Positions 1 through 13,812 of a stretch of DNA of 64,000 nucleotides are shown here, piece after piece. This stretch comes from Raillietiella orientalis (lineage: Eukaryota): contig JAYWIR010000010.1 of assembly GCA_036172245.1 (NCBI GenBank), forward strand, positions 3,286,001 to 3,350,000. The letters are read 5' to 3'. A program made the translations under genes and the position numbers. Each line of letters starts with the position of its first letter. Position 1 is the first letter of the stretch. The notes below the pieces were generated by a model, which was given only the letters and a program-made list of their open reading frames with translations, did no database searches and was not told where the DNA came from.

Positions 1-720
1 CTTGGAATTCCTGGAGGAAACTTTGAGATCCTGGGATTCCTGATAGGCACCTCCGTACTTACTCTGTGCTGCCAGTACCGAGGTCTCCCTCTACAAGAAG
101 AAGGAACGTCAGCACACATCCACAGGGAACATCCCTGGGAAATTCATTACTCATTGCAGAACAGTTAAAAACCCTTCTGCTGGCGCTTCAAGAATGCTCC
201 AGAGGATGCAGCAGGGCTGAAAGTGTCACACAGACCTTCCACATTCCAGATGGTATTTCCTTGGATCTTCTTGGAAGGTTCATCTTATTTGGCTTATCAA
301 TTGTGTCTTCGCTGGATCTCCGCTACATGAGAACGAAAGTAACAGGCGAAATAGAAGAGTTGCCATGCAAAGTAGCCATTTACAGCCGCCATTGCTCCAT
401 CAGGAGGGAAATGAAATGAAATAAACTGAAAGATAGGATTAAAAGGGAGCATCCGGATGATTGTGGCTGCACCACCTGCAAACCGGTGATAACCTCCCAT
501 TTTCTGACCTCCTACTCCGTATGACTCACGCCTTTGGGGATCGTTCACTATAATGAAACCGGTTCCTTCCACCCTCCACTTATTTCCTTTTTTGTATATT
601 GAACCCCTCATTCCTTCTGCCGTGCACTCTTCCCTTAGTGATCTTCCAGTGAAGCTGAGCTCTTTCTTTCGGGCCCACACACGCCTTGCCCTTTCCGTGT
701 TTTTATTTCATTTATCTATT
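1..720 (+). repeat. Degenerate repeat fragment, related to ~25600-26200 (possibly a non-LTR 3' part)
   Basis: GAGATCCTGGGATTCCTGATAGGCACCTCCGT (25-56) resembles GAATCCCAGGATTCTTGATTGATGCCTCCGT (~25617-25647); both are followed by pyrimidine-rich tails. Confidence 0.3.
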
Positions 721-2368
721 TTAATTATGAACTACCACGTTCTCATGATTTGTATCTTCGGTTCCTTACGACATCCCCATCAACCAGCAACAGTGTCAGC
801 TTTCGGGTCCACATCATCACAGTTGTTTTAAGAACTTCCCCTCTGGAAGACCTTCCAAAGGCGGTAGAGAACGTTCTAATAGCTCCAGCGGCATCCTGTG
901 AAGGATTCAGAAGCGTAAATGGGCAAAAATTTGGAATCACGAGTGCCATGTTTTAGAGTGCCATGTTTTTATTTGCCTCGTTGTGAGTTCTTCCAAGCCG
1001 ATGCCTCAGCAGATACAGTGATTACCCGTTGGCATCCTATAAATGACGAGATGCTCCAAAGATATTTGTTATCACGACGTTCTTTTGGACGAATCACCTG
1101 CGAAAACTGACGTAAAAGAACCGATGCCATGGCCATCGTAAATACAAACTCAGTCATGTCCAAATAGAGCTGCATGAATATATTCGCGGCTGCGCATGCA
1201 GGAAGGAACACTTACGTGTTTGTGTGCATGCATGATTTGGATATTTTCCTCATCACGTGGTGCTTTTGATGAGGCGAGGCATCGGTGTCTGCAGTGTGAG
1301 TACAGCTTTAAATGCTATCAGTGCCATTACAAGTATGCACTGAACTGAAAATTCAGTTCACTTTCACATACGCAGCCTTCGAAATTTGCAACCCTCATTT
1401 CTACGAGAAGAGAACCCCATCTGGACTCACTCCTTGGTTATTTTTCTCGCTCGTGTCTTTCGGACTCTCTTCGATGACGAAGAGGTTTCCATCCTACGGG
1501 ACTGGGCACCTCTCAAACCCAAAAGTCCAATTTTCCGTTGCCATAGCAGGACGGGGGTCATTCAAGACTGCACATCTCTGAAAGAGAGTGTAAATTATAC
1601 CTCGCAAGAATAAGGACGTAGAGAGGAGTGCAAAGGATAATTTCTCCAGCGTGAGAAGCAGGGAATCTATGAGAACAGAAAAAATGCAAAAGGAAACTTC
1701 CTCTGAAGGTAATTAGATGAGCCAGTGAGGAGCATAAAACTCCGAAAATTGCTCTGTATCAACACGCGTGCTTCTCAAGTGAGCGTTTCACTAGCACTCA
1801 TGTCCTCTTCATAGGAAAGTGTTGGCGTTTCTCCTAAAATAGGATCGACAAGAACGAAAGAAAGATTAAAAAAGTGCGGCAAGAGATGACATTTCTGCAA
1901 AGATCCATCCCATTGTTCATCTGAGCAATTTCGAGTATTCCAATTTGCGTACATTTTGTACGTGTAAGTCCTAAATACAGAAATAGGCAAGGATTCACAA
2001 GTGAATTTTTAGAGATTAATTAGGTTATAAGGAAAAGTTATTCAGATCGTTGTTACAGGGAAGCACAGAAACTGTGCTTAAATATTCTTTTGCCCTCACT
2101 CTGAATGCATAGAAACCCGAAAGAAATGTGAGGAAAAGTTCTGTCAAAAGTGATCTTGATGTGAGATTAAAATCATAGCGGGAGGTGTTCGTCTCGTTGC
2201 TTGAATGCTGCTGCCTATGAGAAGCAAATGGGTCACGATAGGGAATAATGGATCGTGACAGTGAGGGTAGGGTTAAGATAGGATGGATTCTGGATAATCG
2301 TTTGTTTTTACTTCTTCGGTGTGACAAAGAGAGGTTTCAAACTATGAAAATCATAGCACTGCGGTCCA

Positions 2369-2394
2369 ATATATATATATATATATATATATAT
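2369..2394. repeat. (AT)13 microsatellite
   Basis: Directly visible. Confidence 0.95.
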
Positions 2395-3599
2395 TCAGAT
2401 TCTCTGGCAATTTCTTTTTAAACTTTCAAACGGGATCAGCGGAAAATGCAGAGACGCAGCGTCACAGTAATTGCCAAAGAGGAGAAACCCGCATGTTTTT
2501 TGTGCAATGTTTTAATCACTTTATTGTGGTTCCGAATTCAATGAAAACTGATTTACCGTAAACTGATCTTCCGAAGAGCTGAGACCTGAGATTAGTTTTC
2601 TTGGGGGGAAGGAACAAATATATGGGACATATATGTTACTTCGACAACTTGTGCTCTCTTTTTGCGCTCATGTAAAACAGGCGGAGTGTCTGAAGAAACT
2701 AATATCAAAAGATTGAAAGAGAAGATATGACACACATATGAAGCCCATAAAGCATAAACAGTGTACGTGATCCATAATAATTAGTAACGATAAAGCTGGA
2801 TGATGACTGCAACTGTCATATAACTTTTGGGGTTGCTTCGTATGATGCAAATCGCTTCACTCTTAGCTCCTCAAATGGATTTCGGGTGCAAAAGCAAATT
2901 TAGAGTTTAAGGGAGACGCAAAGGATGAAGAAATGAACCGGAAACACAAGCATCATCGCTTTCAACTATTTGGAGGAAGATCATCGGATTTTGAGGAGGA
3001 GGACACGGTTCAGGAACTCATACGAGTAGCTCATGGACTCATGCTGACGCATGGAGTAAACTGAGCTGCTGATGCGCTACGTTCGTCAATTATCTAACAC
3101 CAAAGGCGAAGCGTTAGTGAAAAAAAGATGAGAGAAGTCTGCGAGACTGAAGTAAACAAGTCTGCCAAGCTGCAAAATTGAGGCTTTACAGCTAGACTAG
3201 TCCAGGGTAGTACGGAGATTGATGCAAATTATCTGATTAAGTCCAGCACTCATGCGAGATGAAGATGACTCCCTCGTTGCCTTCATTACTTGATCCAAAT
3301 GAAACAAACTTCAACCAAGCTGTCCAGTGCCACATCCGTGTACGCTGGTACCGTGGCAACACGCATGTGCACTGCAGAAGAACGGCGAGTGCACCAGGAG
3401 TGAGTGACAACGGTGTTTCAAAGGGTTTGGATGCATCACAAGTAGCCGAGGCAGTCGGAGTTTTAAATTATGAACGATGAACCACGAATCACATGCACGG
3501 CATTCACATGTCGTACTTCTGTAACTGGAAAACTACTACCTTTTTTTTCAAATTGTACAGCAAGATTCAAAAATCAACCACAACGGAGTGGAAGTCAGA

Positions 3600-5100
3600 A
3601 CCCTCCGGTCCAACTGCAGACTGGCAAGGAAGAATTGCGTTGCTGAACTAAATATACGCTCATAAAAGGCATCAGCAGAAAATAACCGTATGAGAACATT
3701 GGAGTAACAGAGCTCGAAAATCAGGTTATCTCGATACAAAAGAGCAGCCGAAGTATCACAAAGGCGGCTAACACCATCCCCAAAGGGAACATTTGCTACC
3801 AAAAACTGAAAAATGCGTCCAGTAGTTTATGGGACCTGAAAATTCAGGAAATCAGGCTTGCTTATTCGGCGAACACGTTCCACTGGAGCCCCTGAGTAAT
3901 TAGTTCGTTCCTCTTTTGCGAGAAGAATGATAGTCTGAAGAGCATATTTGGGAACATGATTCCACGATGTGGGAGAGGAAAATGACTGATGAATTTAGAT
4001 GGTTAGGTTGGTTCCGTATTGCACGTGCTCGCTGTTGCAGCCATGGATGCGTTTCAGAGATTTTTCCATGTTGGTCGGAGACGGAAAGCAAAACTGCGAT
4101 CGAGGAATAAAAGGAAAAAAAACGAACAGTATTGCAGTTAGGAGTTACGAATGATATGATGAATCTCTCCAATGGAATTCCACGTAAGCTTCCCTGGAAA
4201 TGGGCTTTTAGACGTAGGTTCGGATAGGATGCTTTGCTACTGATTCTTCCTACGCGTGTCTCGTCAGTAAGTGTAAATAACATGCAAATACTATGGGACG
4301 AGGATTTTTCTACACAAGCTCTAATCACATTGGAACGCAAAGGCTGCAATTTTTGTCGAGAACACAAACAGAACCCTGAAGGAGGAAAAGATGAGCGTGG
4401 ACGCTTAATAAAGATTTCTCAGTAAAGTTGCACGGACACTAATTACATTAGCGTTCCTGAAACAGGAAGCAACATGAAATGTACCCAAGGATATGAGTCA
4501 ACATTCAGACGAGAGAAAAGATGGAAATTGTGCTTAGCAAATCATTTGATGGAACTGCATTGAAGGACCTCTCATGATGCTTCTTTGTTACATCAGGACG
4601 TTTGCAAAAGAAAGGTGCAGTAAAGATTGAAACTCCTTATTAATTTCTGTTCTAAATAAGGAAATCGGTTCGCTAGTTAATTCACGTATTCGATGTTTTA
4701 AACCTGATAGTTCAAATTTGTAGAGATCTCTCCTACTTGAATATCAAGTTTTGATGGTGGATGCCAGTAAATCAAGAGTTTGTCTCCATAATGGTCATCG
4801 ATGAATTTCAACATTTATTTCATTGATTAGACCTGCTTCCCACTGAGGAATCAGCTGAAGAGAACTTTTCGACTCCTGAGACCTTTTGCTGAACTCGAGT
4901 TAGCAGAAGGAATGCATCCCGGAAATGTGCAGAGTGAAAGCCATTTCTAAAATCATTTGGTTCACGCGATCTCTTCCAGAAAGGAGTAAGCTTCTCATCA
5001 GGCAGTTTCGGATAAATCTTTGGAAACCAGCACCTCCTTCCTGAATTTTGTATAACATGCACTGCATGTGTTCCGTGGCTTTCGTCTCTGCAAAGTATTT
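3600..5100 (-). pseudogene. Probable degenerate hAT transposase
   Basis: Collinear remnants: QEGGAGFQRFIRNC...LLSGRDRV (cf. VE..GF..L...LPSR), FTGIHH (cf. LGITAH), and LIRLFSADAFYERIFSSA (cf. hAT dimerisation SER.FS.A). Many stops and frameshifts. Confidence 0.45.
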
Positions 5101-7562
5101 TCCGAACACAGGGATCCTTTTGCATGCGGAAAATGGCGCCTTAATTAGTGGAAAGAAAAAAACACACACACACACATGCAAAACTCGATCTCGTAAATAT
5201 TTCGTGTGGTATTAGACCTCATTAGAAGCTGGCATTATATACTGAATTTGCATTGAAATATTTAATAGCTAATCCTCGACATGTTCTATAAGAAAAAGGA
5301 ATGGATGACTCGAACATCAACATCTCAGACAGTCCCCAAATCAGCAGATTTGCAAACCATTTGCTTCTTGTTGCGCATTTTGTGAAAACACCGTGTGGAA
5401 AATCGATGCCTAAAAATCCCAAAGTGATCAAAAAACAAAAGAAGGGAATGCTGAAAAGCAAAATTCATTATCGTTAATGATTTTGTACATAGCATTCATG
5501 ATTTTCTGACTGAACGCCTTCAATTTTTAGCATTACAAACTTCATCCTGGAAGAGAGTAAACGGAATTCCCAATGCCTGTCTTCCCAGGCAGTCATGCAA
5601 CTTCATTATCTAAAAGCAACATATATTAAAAAAAAAAACTTTCAATTTAGACGTGAAGTGATACATTTTAAAACCTAGTTGGGTGCGAAACTTGTATGAG
5701 ATTCAGGGTATCACGGGAATCGCGTCACAAACCTTAGTTTTACACGGTCGCATGCATCTCCACTTTCAGCTCCAAAACATATCCCACATGCTCACTTCAT
5801 TACTTCTTGTAAGGCGATCTCCGGAGTCTTGTTCTTTCGGTTCAAAGATTTCACGTGCTTATCAGCACCGTGCTTCCTTTCGTGATGCTGGATGCAAGCA
5901 AGCGCTCTACAAGATGCCATGCTTGATGTACACTTGCATCGGTTTCCAACATGGAAAGCAAAGGAAAATGCTGTGTGCTATACAATCCTTAAATGACTAT
6001 TGGAGAGAAATTTCCAATTGCAAATCTTCACATCGATCTCTGGATTCCTGTAGCCGTTCTTTCACACCATTCCATTCCAGGTGATGTGACTGTTAATGCG
6101 TAGAAGCGCGCTGGAAAGCGAAATTAACCAACTAGAATCTCCGCGAATGCAGATTAATGGATGAAGTACCCTGAGGCGCAACCTTGGATTTCATGACGAA
6201 GAGAACTTCATCTTTCCAAAATGTTTTAGGAAGCCATGATCGAGACTTTTGGAGAATGTTGGAGCACTCTTAGAACACCTGCGTTAGAACGAAAACGGCA
6301 GACTTCCCCATCTCAGAAAATCGCTGCTCGTGATGTCGACTGCCAATCTCGTTCTTATTATCCTCCAAGCGCTGCATGATATGTGGATGAAAAAAGATGA
6401 ACATTTCGACACTGCCGTTGCATCCAGGTTCCACTGTTTTCCAAAGGGAAGCAAAATGTCCCTGTGAAAAAACAACGATCTAGTACTGGTGGTCCTTTCC
6501 TGGGACACACGTCGAAAGCTAAAATTTTTGCAAATGTGAGCCTCTCCGATTCTCTCCAGCGAGAAGATGCCGACACGACAGCCAGAAACAAAGCAAGAGA
6601 ATTCCACACTTCACCCATCACTTGAGGCATCTTGCTGTATGCGTAAAACCAGCAGATGGACCCGCAGTCCTCAAACAAGGCGAGAACATGAGAACTACAC
6701 GCAAGCTGAGTTTGCTATCCGAAAATTCGGCACGCCAAAATCTGAAACCTAGCAATTAATAACGGATTATTAATATTTGTCGAGAACAGCGTTGGAAACT
6801 CCTCTCGGTTTGATGAAGTGACTGCTCTCATTTCGGTCGAACGTGATTTGCATCTTGTTGCATGCACTCGGTACTAGCGATGCAAAACAAATGAGGTTCC
6901 TCCCATCCAGATGTTGCCTCTGGAAAGGCAGCGTAAAAATTATCCAGCTACTGAGTTTCGTATTTGCAGCTGCTCTAACATGCTTCCGAGATGCCATCAT
7001 TTTTCATTAAGGGATTATTTTTGTTTTTGCACATAAGGCTTATTTTGCATGCTAGAAAGGCTTCCAGTTCACCGTCTAAGGGGAAAAACCTGAAGAGGTC
7101 CTGTTCTTTCCAAAGCAACAGGGAAGAAGGTCAGCATGCAAGCCACTGCACCTGCGACAAATGCCAAATTTCTTATTCCCAAGAGGGAGTTCCAGATAGT
7201 GCAAATTGTTCCCGACCAGTATTTGGATGTTTTCACCAGTCTCCGGGTATCTGATGTCCGGGACAATCAAGAAGAAAAGCATTTAGCAGTGTGCATCGCA
7301 TCGAATAGAGGGAAGGGGTAAAAACAGAGGGATCAGTGACCATTAATATTTGAATGCTGAAATGGGAGGTGAGCCACTGATCCGCATACGAAACAAAACT
7401 TCATATAATAAACGTGTTTGGGAACAGTGGCACTGTAATCATGGATGTGCTCGGGTTCAGCATGGGATTGAAAAAAAAGAAAAGAACAAACCATTGTGGA
7501 AATCTGACCACTTTCCATGCGGTATTTAAAAAGAAAAGAAAAAACGAAAAAATGAAAAGGAT

Positions 7563-8383
7563 GGATTTAATCAGCTTCCACCGTCTCCTCGAGCTATCCA
7601 GCAAAGTCGCTGGAGCCTGAGGTACTGTCTACAAGAAAGTAGAGGATGCTCCTTGTTGAGGCGGGAGCTTTTTCTCGGACGGACACTCAACCAGGATCAA
7701 CATCTGCAACCCATCTTTCTGTACCAGAGGACTTTCCAATTGAGCCAAGCCTGCTTCCTTCAGTCGCGATGGCAAACCCACGGTCTCCCTTTTGGAGACT
7801 CGAAAGACCTCTCCGCTTCTCGGAGGGTGCATCTCGGGCGGTCCGCGTTTCATAGATGCCTCGGCCCTGTTGGACGCTGGACAACCACAGCAGCAACTAG
7901 TTGAGCTGGCTGCCGGTGTCTTTCTAGCTCTTGCAGACATCGCCGCTCTTTGGGGTCCAGCTACAAACGAGCTGACGACACTGAAGTGAACCGACGCTTG
8001 GGTCCCCGAGAGTGTAAGGAAGAGTGCGCGTTTCCAATGTTTTTCCTCTTTTCTTCGACGTCTCGAACGTTGCTGGCATGCTTTCGGACGGTCGATAGGC
8101 GTCCAGCATTATAGCCCGGTTCGCTCTCTTCGGTCAAGAGGTTGGGTCTCAAAGATGACTCCAGGCCGCGTGGTTTCTGTCGACAGGATCTCCTCCATCG
8201 TCCGTGCGCGGCCTTCTCGATGTGGTCCATCAAGTGGCGATTGCTCTCGGTGCCGAGTCGGAGGTGCCGCGCGCGATCATCTGAGATACGCCGAAGCGTT
8301 TCATCCCATTTCGGGAAGAGACGGCAAGATCGATCCCCCATCCGTTCCCTAGATGTCTCGGATATACAGGGGATCCAGACGTG
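7563..8383. repeat. Left arm of ~820-bp inverted duplication
   Basis: Reverse complement of 9857-10679; the ORF track shows identical translations on opposite strands (e.g. 7629-7940 - and 10302-10613 +). Confidence 0.95.
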
Positions 8384-9856
8384 AGTCAGTTTGCACTGCT
8401 CCAAGAGTAGGTGTCGCGCACTGTTGACGAAGCAGCTGGAGAACAGGTCTCTCTCTGATGAGAAAAATCCTCGATGCCCAGATCGAGAAACGTAGCGCAT
8501 CGTCCGATGCTGCGAGAGTTGAATCGAACTGCCGTCTCATGCTGCGATCGAAAGAGATATCTTCTGTGGTTCTCGTAGGTTTGTCCATCTGAAGATGCAA
8601 GAGTTCACGCGCCCGAGAGAGTGCCTTCCTTCCGGGAGATCGAAGGCTTTGAACGCCGTTGGTCCTCCGTCCAAATTTTTGATGGTGTGATTGGGCGTGC
8701 ATTCTCCAGAAGCGCATCTGCAGGGAGTTAGTGGTATTTTTTTGAGCATCGTCGTACGTTGGGTTTTTCAAGAAAGCCCGGTTTCCGGAGTGAGAACGTT
8801 GAAGCTATCCTCAGGAAATACGCCTGCCTTCTCTGATGGACCCATGAAGGCGAGGGATTCTTATGCTCGTTTTTTATTTATTTGTCCTCTCGCCGCACTG
8901 TTGGGAAGTCGAAGATGCGCTTCCAGTAGATTCCGGATCAATTTGTTGAAAGTATGCCATTACAGAGTTCCAACGCGGATGCAAAGGATGTCTTTACCCA
9001 ACTGAAGATTTGGAAACTCAATCGTCCTCATAATTGCCATTTTAGGCATTATTCGGGATGGGACGAGTGAGTACGTGTTGACGCTCTGACAGCATGGATC
9101 TTGGATCCAGGATCTCTGGGAAGACAAGGACTTCCCGGGAGCAGCTAGCAGATTATGCGGATACCGCATTAACTGCTAGCTCGAATAGGAAACCCACAGT
9201 TTCTCCTGCATCGTGCTCTCTGTGTTATTTGAAGAATGTAACTCTTTGAGAGCTACTGATTCGGCGTGTAGCTAGATGCATGCCGATTCAGTAAGAAGTC
9301 CATCCCGAAATCTCATTTTGCAGGATTATAGTCCGAGAAATGATCCTGACTTGTTTTTTCATTCATTATCTGATTGTAATTCGCTTGAATATTTCCTAGG
9401 AAATAACTCTCTAATCTCTGTTTTGTTTTGGTTTTTCATTTTCCTGCTAATGTTACTATCATGATATCATCATACTTAGACTGTAACAAATATTTGTGAA
9501 CTGATCTCGTCACTGAGAACGTTATCCGATGAGAAATTTTCTTCTATGTCTCCTTCCTTTTCGACGGGTTCATGGAAACCAGGGGCTTTAAAAACCAATT
9601 ATCTATCCGCCTTGTATATTTTTCTTTCAACTGGAAATTTTCCTCCCAACTTTAGTCTGAAGTTTCAGGATATATTTTCAAAAGCTTATCTAAAAGTCGC
9701 TGAACCAGCAGGGGGTTGCCAACTCTCAGCATGCATAATATGACATAATTTAACAGTATTGCGTTGCTACCATAGTGAGCTACTAATCGGTAAGGGTGCC
9801 ACCAAACTTTAGAGAAAATATATCTGCTCCTTGCAGACTAAAAGCTCAATCATGCC

Positions 9857-10679
9857 CACGTCTTGATCCCCTGTATATTCATGAGCCATCTAGGGAACGG
9901 ATGGGAGATCGATCTTGCCGTCGCTTCCCGAAATGGGATGAAACGCTTCGGCATATCTCAGATGATCGCGCGCGGCACCTCCGACTCGGCACCGAGAGCA
10001 ATCGCCACTTGATGGACCACATCGAGAAGGCCGCGCACGGACGATGGAGGAGATCCTGTCGACAGAAACCACGCGGCCTGGAGTCATCTCTGAGACCCAA
10101 CCTCTTGACCGAAGAGAGCGAACCGGGCTATAATGCTGGACGCCTATCGACCGTCCGAAAGCATGCCAGCAACGTTCGAGACGTCGAAGAAAAGAGGAAA
10201 AACATTGGAAACGCGCACTCTTCCTTACACTCTCGGGGACCCAAGCGTCGGTTCACTTCAGTGTCGTCAGCTCGTTTGTAGCTGGACCCCAAAGAGCGGC
10301 GATGTCTGCAAGAGCTAGAAAGACACCGGCAGCCAGCTCAACTAGTTGCTGCTGTGGTTGTCCAGCGTCCAACAGGGCCGAGGCATCTATGAAACGCGGA
10401 CCGCCCGAGATGCACCCTCCGAGAAGCGGAGAGGTCTTTCGAGTCTCCAAAAGGGAGACCGTGGGTTTGCCATCGCGACTGAAGGAAGCAGGCTTGGCTC
10501 AATTGGAAAGTCCTCTGGTACAGAAAGATGGGTTGCAGATGTTGATCCTGGTTGAGTGTCCGTCCGAGAAAAAGCTCCCGCCTCAACAAGGAGCATCCTC
10601 TACTTTCTTGTAGACAGTACCTCAGGCTCCAGCGACTTTGCTGGATAGCTCGAGGAGACGGTGAAAGCTGATTAAATCC
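9857..10679. repeat. Right arm of ~820-bp inverted duplication
   Basis: Reverse complement of 7563-8383 with only a handful of substitutions noticed, mostly near the inner end. Confidence 0.95.
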
Positions 10680-13600
10680 TCATCACGCAATTTTACATAT
10701 GATTCCAATTTTTTTCTAGCAAAATTCAAATGTTTGCTTCTCTTCAGAATGAGCATGGCTCGGTCCCTGTTCGATGCAATTCATATTCTTTGTTTGAGAT
10801 ATTCTCACTGGAGAAGACCTGCTTCACAACAGCATGTGATGAGATGGCTCTTTACGGCACCAAATGATACATTTTGGGTCTTTGATCAGTGTATTTGATC
10901 TTTCTCATGCATTTTTGGACTCGTTGATTAGCAAGCAGGGCTTCCTAGAAATACAATAAGATCCTTATGAATGAAGGAATAGTAGTAGATCTCAGCTCTG
11001 TTTGGAAGGAAGGAAGGAACGTGCGATTTATTTTTAGGTACGTCAATTATTAATGATTCTTGAAATATAAGAACGTGATCGACACAAGGATGATTGCGAG
11101 CTCGAAAGTTTCCTGAGTAACCTCGATTTTAAGTGGAAGGCATATGAGGCATTGAGGTATCTTTTCTTTGTTCTTGAAGAAAGGTTTGAAAAGGAGATGA
11201 ACCGCAGGTCATTCATCTAGTTGCAGAAGTTTGATCTGCATAGAGAACTATCCTGTGAATCTTGCAATTCGTAAGAAGGGCGAAAGCAAAGCCAACTAAG
11301 AAAGCTGGATTTCCATTGGGCGGCTGTTTGCAGATGGAAGCATTTCTCTCGTTCGTGACAAACTCGCGGCTGTGCTCAAAGAATGGTTTTTAAAGTCTGT
11401 TGGATATACATCCTCAGAATCGCCTCCATGACTTGAATGAGAAGAGGTAAAGAAGGAATGGAAACGGCGTTGGAATTCTGTTCTTTGTTAGAAGAAGCAA
11501 GCAGACACATTCTCGCTTCTGCTAGACTCGACTGTACCAGTCCGCTGGACTAAGAGCTGATCTTTTAGATAGTAAGCTCCAAAAGCCTTTCTCAATGCCA
11601 AAAAAGATTCTGGTTTGCATCGCCCAGACCATCTGCTTTATTCAAACTTCCCCACAGCGAGGATCTCTCATGAAGCTGAATCAGTGAAAATTTAAAGCAA
11701 TAACCATCTATCAAGAAAAAGTATTCCTTTTCCTTTCTTCAGACGAGTGAACAGATGATAGGGAGGGGCTCAATGTCTGATCATCCGTGTCTTCTGTGAG
11801 GTATCTGCTTCTTGCTGTGAAAAGTTCCTCCGATTCATGGAGAAGTGAAAAAGCAAAAGCAGACGGTTTCAAAGAATTTGGAAAGTGTAGGGAAGGTGAA
11901 TTTAGTGCCGCATTCCATTCAAATAACAAAATCTGATGAACACCAAGAACACAATTTAATTTCGTCCAAGATCTGTGCATCCAGCTGGAAGATCTCTTCC
12001 AGCCGGATGCACCGATAGGGAAGCTCACCCGATCTTTCACCGCTTCGTGCCCTGGACATTAGCAAAGCGAGACACGTGTCAGATCCTTGTCTTCAAGATG
12101 TAAATGTAGCAGGAAGCCTTAGAAGCAAGTGGTTCCATTGTCTCTAAAGGGCGATGCCATGGTGGATGGAGTAGCGTGATAACAAGCGTGAGTGCCTGCA
12201 GAGCATCTTGCCAGGGAAACCTACCTGATGTTTCCGATTCGAAAACAGTCCTTCCGAGAACGAAGAGGAGGCGTGAAATATTTTACGTTCTAGAAGATCT
12301 CTTGTTTCAGAAACTTCCTTGCGTTTCGTCTTTCGTCTGTTTATTGGATGGGACAGCGAAAACGAGATCAGGCGAAAGCACAGTGTGAAAAATTCCTGCA
12401 TCTGAATCCTTGGAAACAGAGGTTGATTTCTTCTCTTTCTTGCACGAACCACGTCGCATTGAAGAATTGCACTGAAGAATTGAAAAAATGTTGATAGATG
12501 GATCTCAGGAATGCTACTTTTTGCGTCTTCTACTAGTTCTGAGGATTCCTACGAAAATTTCGAGTACCAGAATTTAAAGAAGGATCCACCGACTCCTGAA
12601 TAGATGGAAAATCACAAGCTCTGGTGCTTGTTGCATGAACGCTTTCCCGGCTTCTAGCCTTGGGGATCCTTACTCTGTCTCTTCTGCTCACTTCGGCTGA
12701 GGCTACAACACAGTGCCTTTCCGAAAGATCAGAGCAGCAGATGCCACTCGCTTGAATTTCAAAAGAATGAGCTTGCAAATCTCATCTCCGTAGCTGGAGG
12801 AACACCGACGGTTTGATCTGAAACAGCGTGAGCTTGAAGATAGCAGGAATGATCCGCAGCCACCTTTCGTTCTCTTCAGAGATTGCTCTTCAGATCACTG
12901 CTTACTGCTGCAACTTCCTAAGAGCAGCATGAAGGCCACATGCCCACCTAATGAAATTGGGAAAAAGAAAAGAAAAAAAAAATGGAAAAATCAATGACGG
13001 ATGCTGAACGTTCACCGCGTTTTCTTTTTGTTTTTTTCATTTTTTTTGGCGAGAAAAAATAAAAGTTCCAAGAGATCGATCGGAGCTGCCAGCTGACCGG
13101 TAATTCGGTTTCCCGATCAAGGGGGTAGGAAGAGTCCAGGGAGGTTTCTCCACCGCCTTTCTGGGGCTCTCTGAGGGGCATCTTCAAGAAGCGACCCATT
13201 GGTCCCACGATTCCTAGGATTCCGCGAACGCTCCCTGCAGCTCTCCCCGACGACATCGCGCACGAAACCGCCAGGAATGCTTTCCCTCATAAAACAGTGA
13301 AACGAAGGAGGAATCGCGTTGCTTCGCAACCACGGGAGGCGGCGACCGATTCGGATCCCATCGCCTGCCAGTGGCTCCTCCAGATGAAGACTGAACCGAA
13401 TCGGTGCAGTCCGCATGCGTGAAGGAGGCTGAGGTTGAAAGGGATGAATCAGTCACGAAAGTCTCACTGCGCGACGACATGAGACTGCTTAGGAATAGTG
13501 GTAAGGGGGTGGGTTAATGGAAATGGAGACGCTCGCAGATGCTTTCAGAGAATGGGAAACGGAGCAGAATCGACCGCTGTCACGCCGCCATCGTGCGCCC

Positions 13601-13812
13601 GTGAGAATAGGCAGCCTGCACACCGAAGGCTCGCGCAGGTGTCACGTGGGATGGAGTTCCACCCTTTCGAACCTCAAAGGAGGATCTTCATATCGGTTCT
13701 TTCTCAAACTCTACCTCGAACACGGACCTAAGAGACCAAGAGAGATGGGGGGAAAGATTTTTCCTCTCTCTCTCTCTCTCTCGAAGTTGTAGGGCATCTC
13801 CCATTAATACCA

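Noticed and set aside
4990..5015. Minus-strand CGAAAC...CTGATGAG, resembling a hammerhead core
   Set aside because: Only 3 nt separate the motifs, leaving no room for stems I and III; other CTGATGA sites also lacked flanking helices.
7961..8771. ORFs in and next to the inverted repeat with faint integrase-like wording
   Set aside because: No reliable DDE or zinc-binding motifs could be identified.
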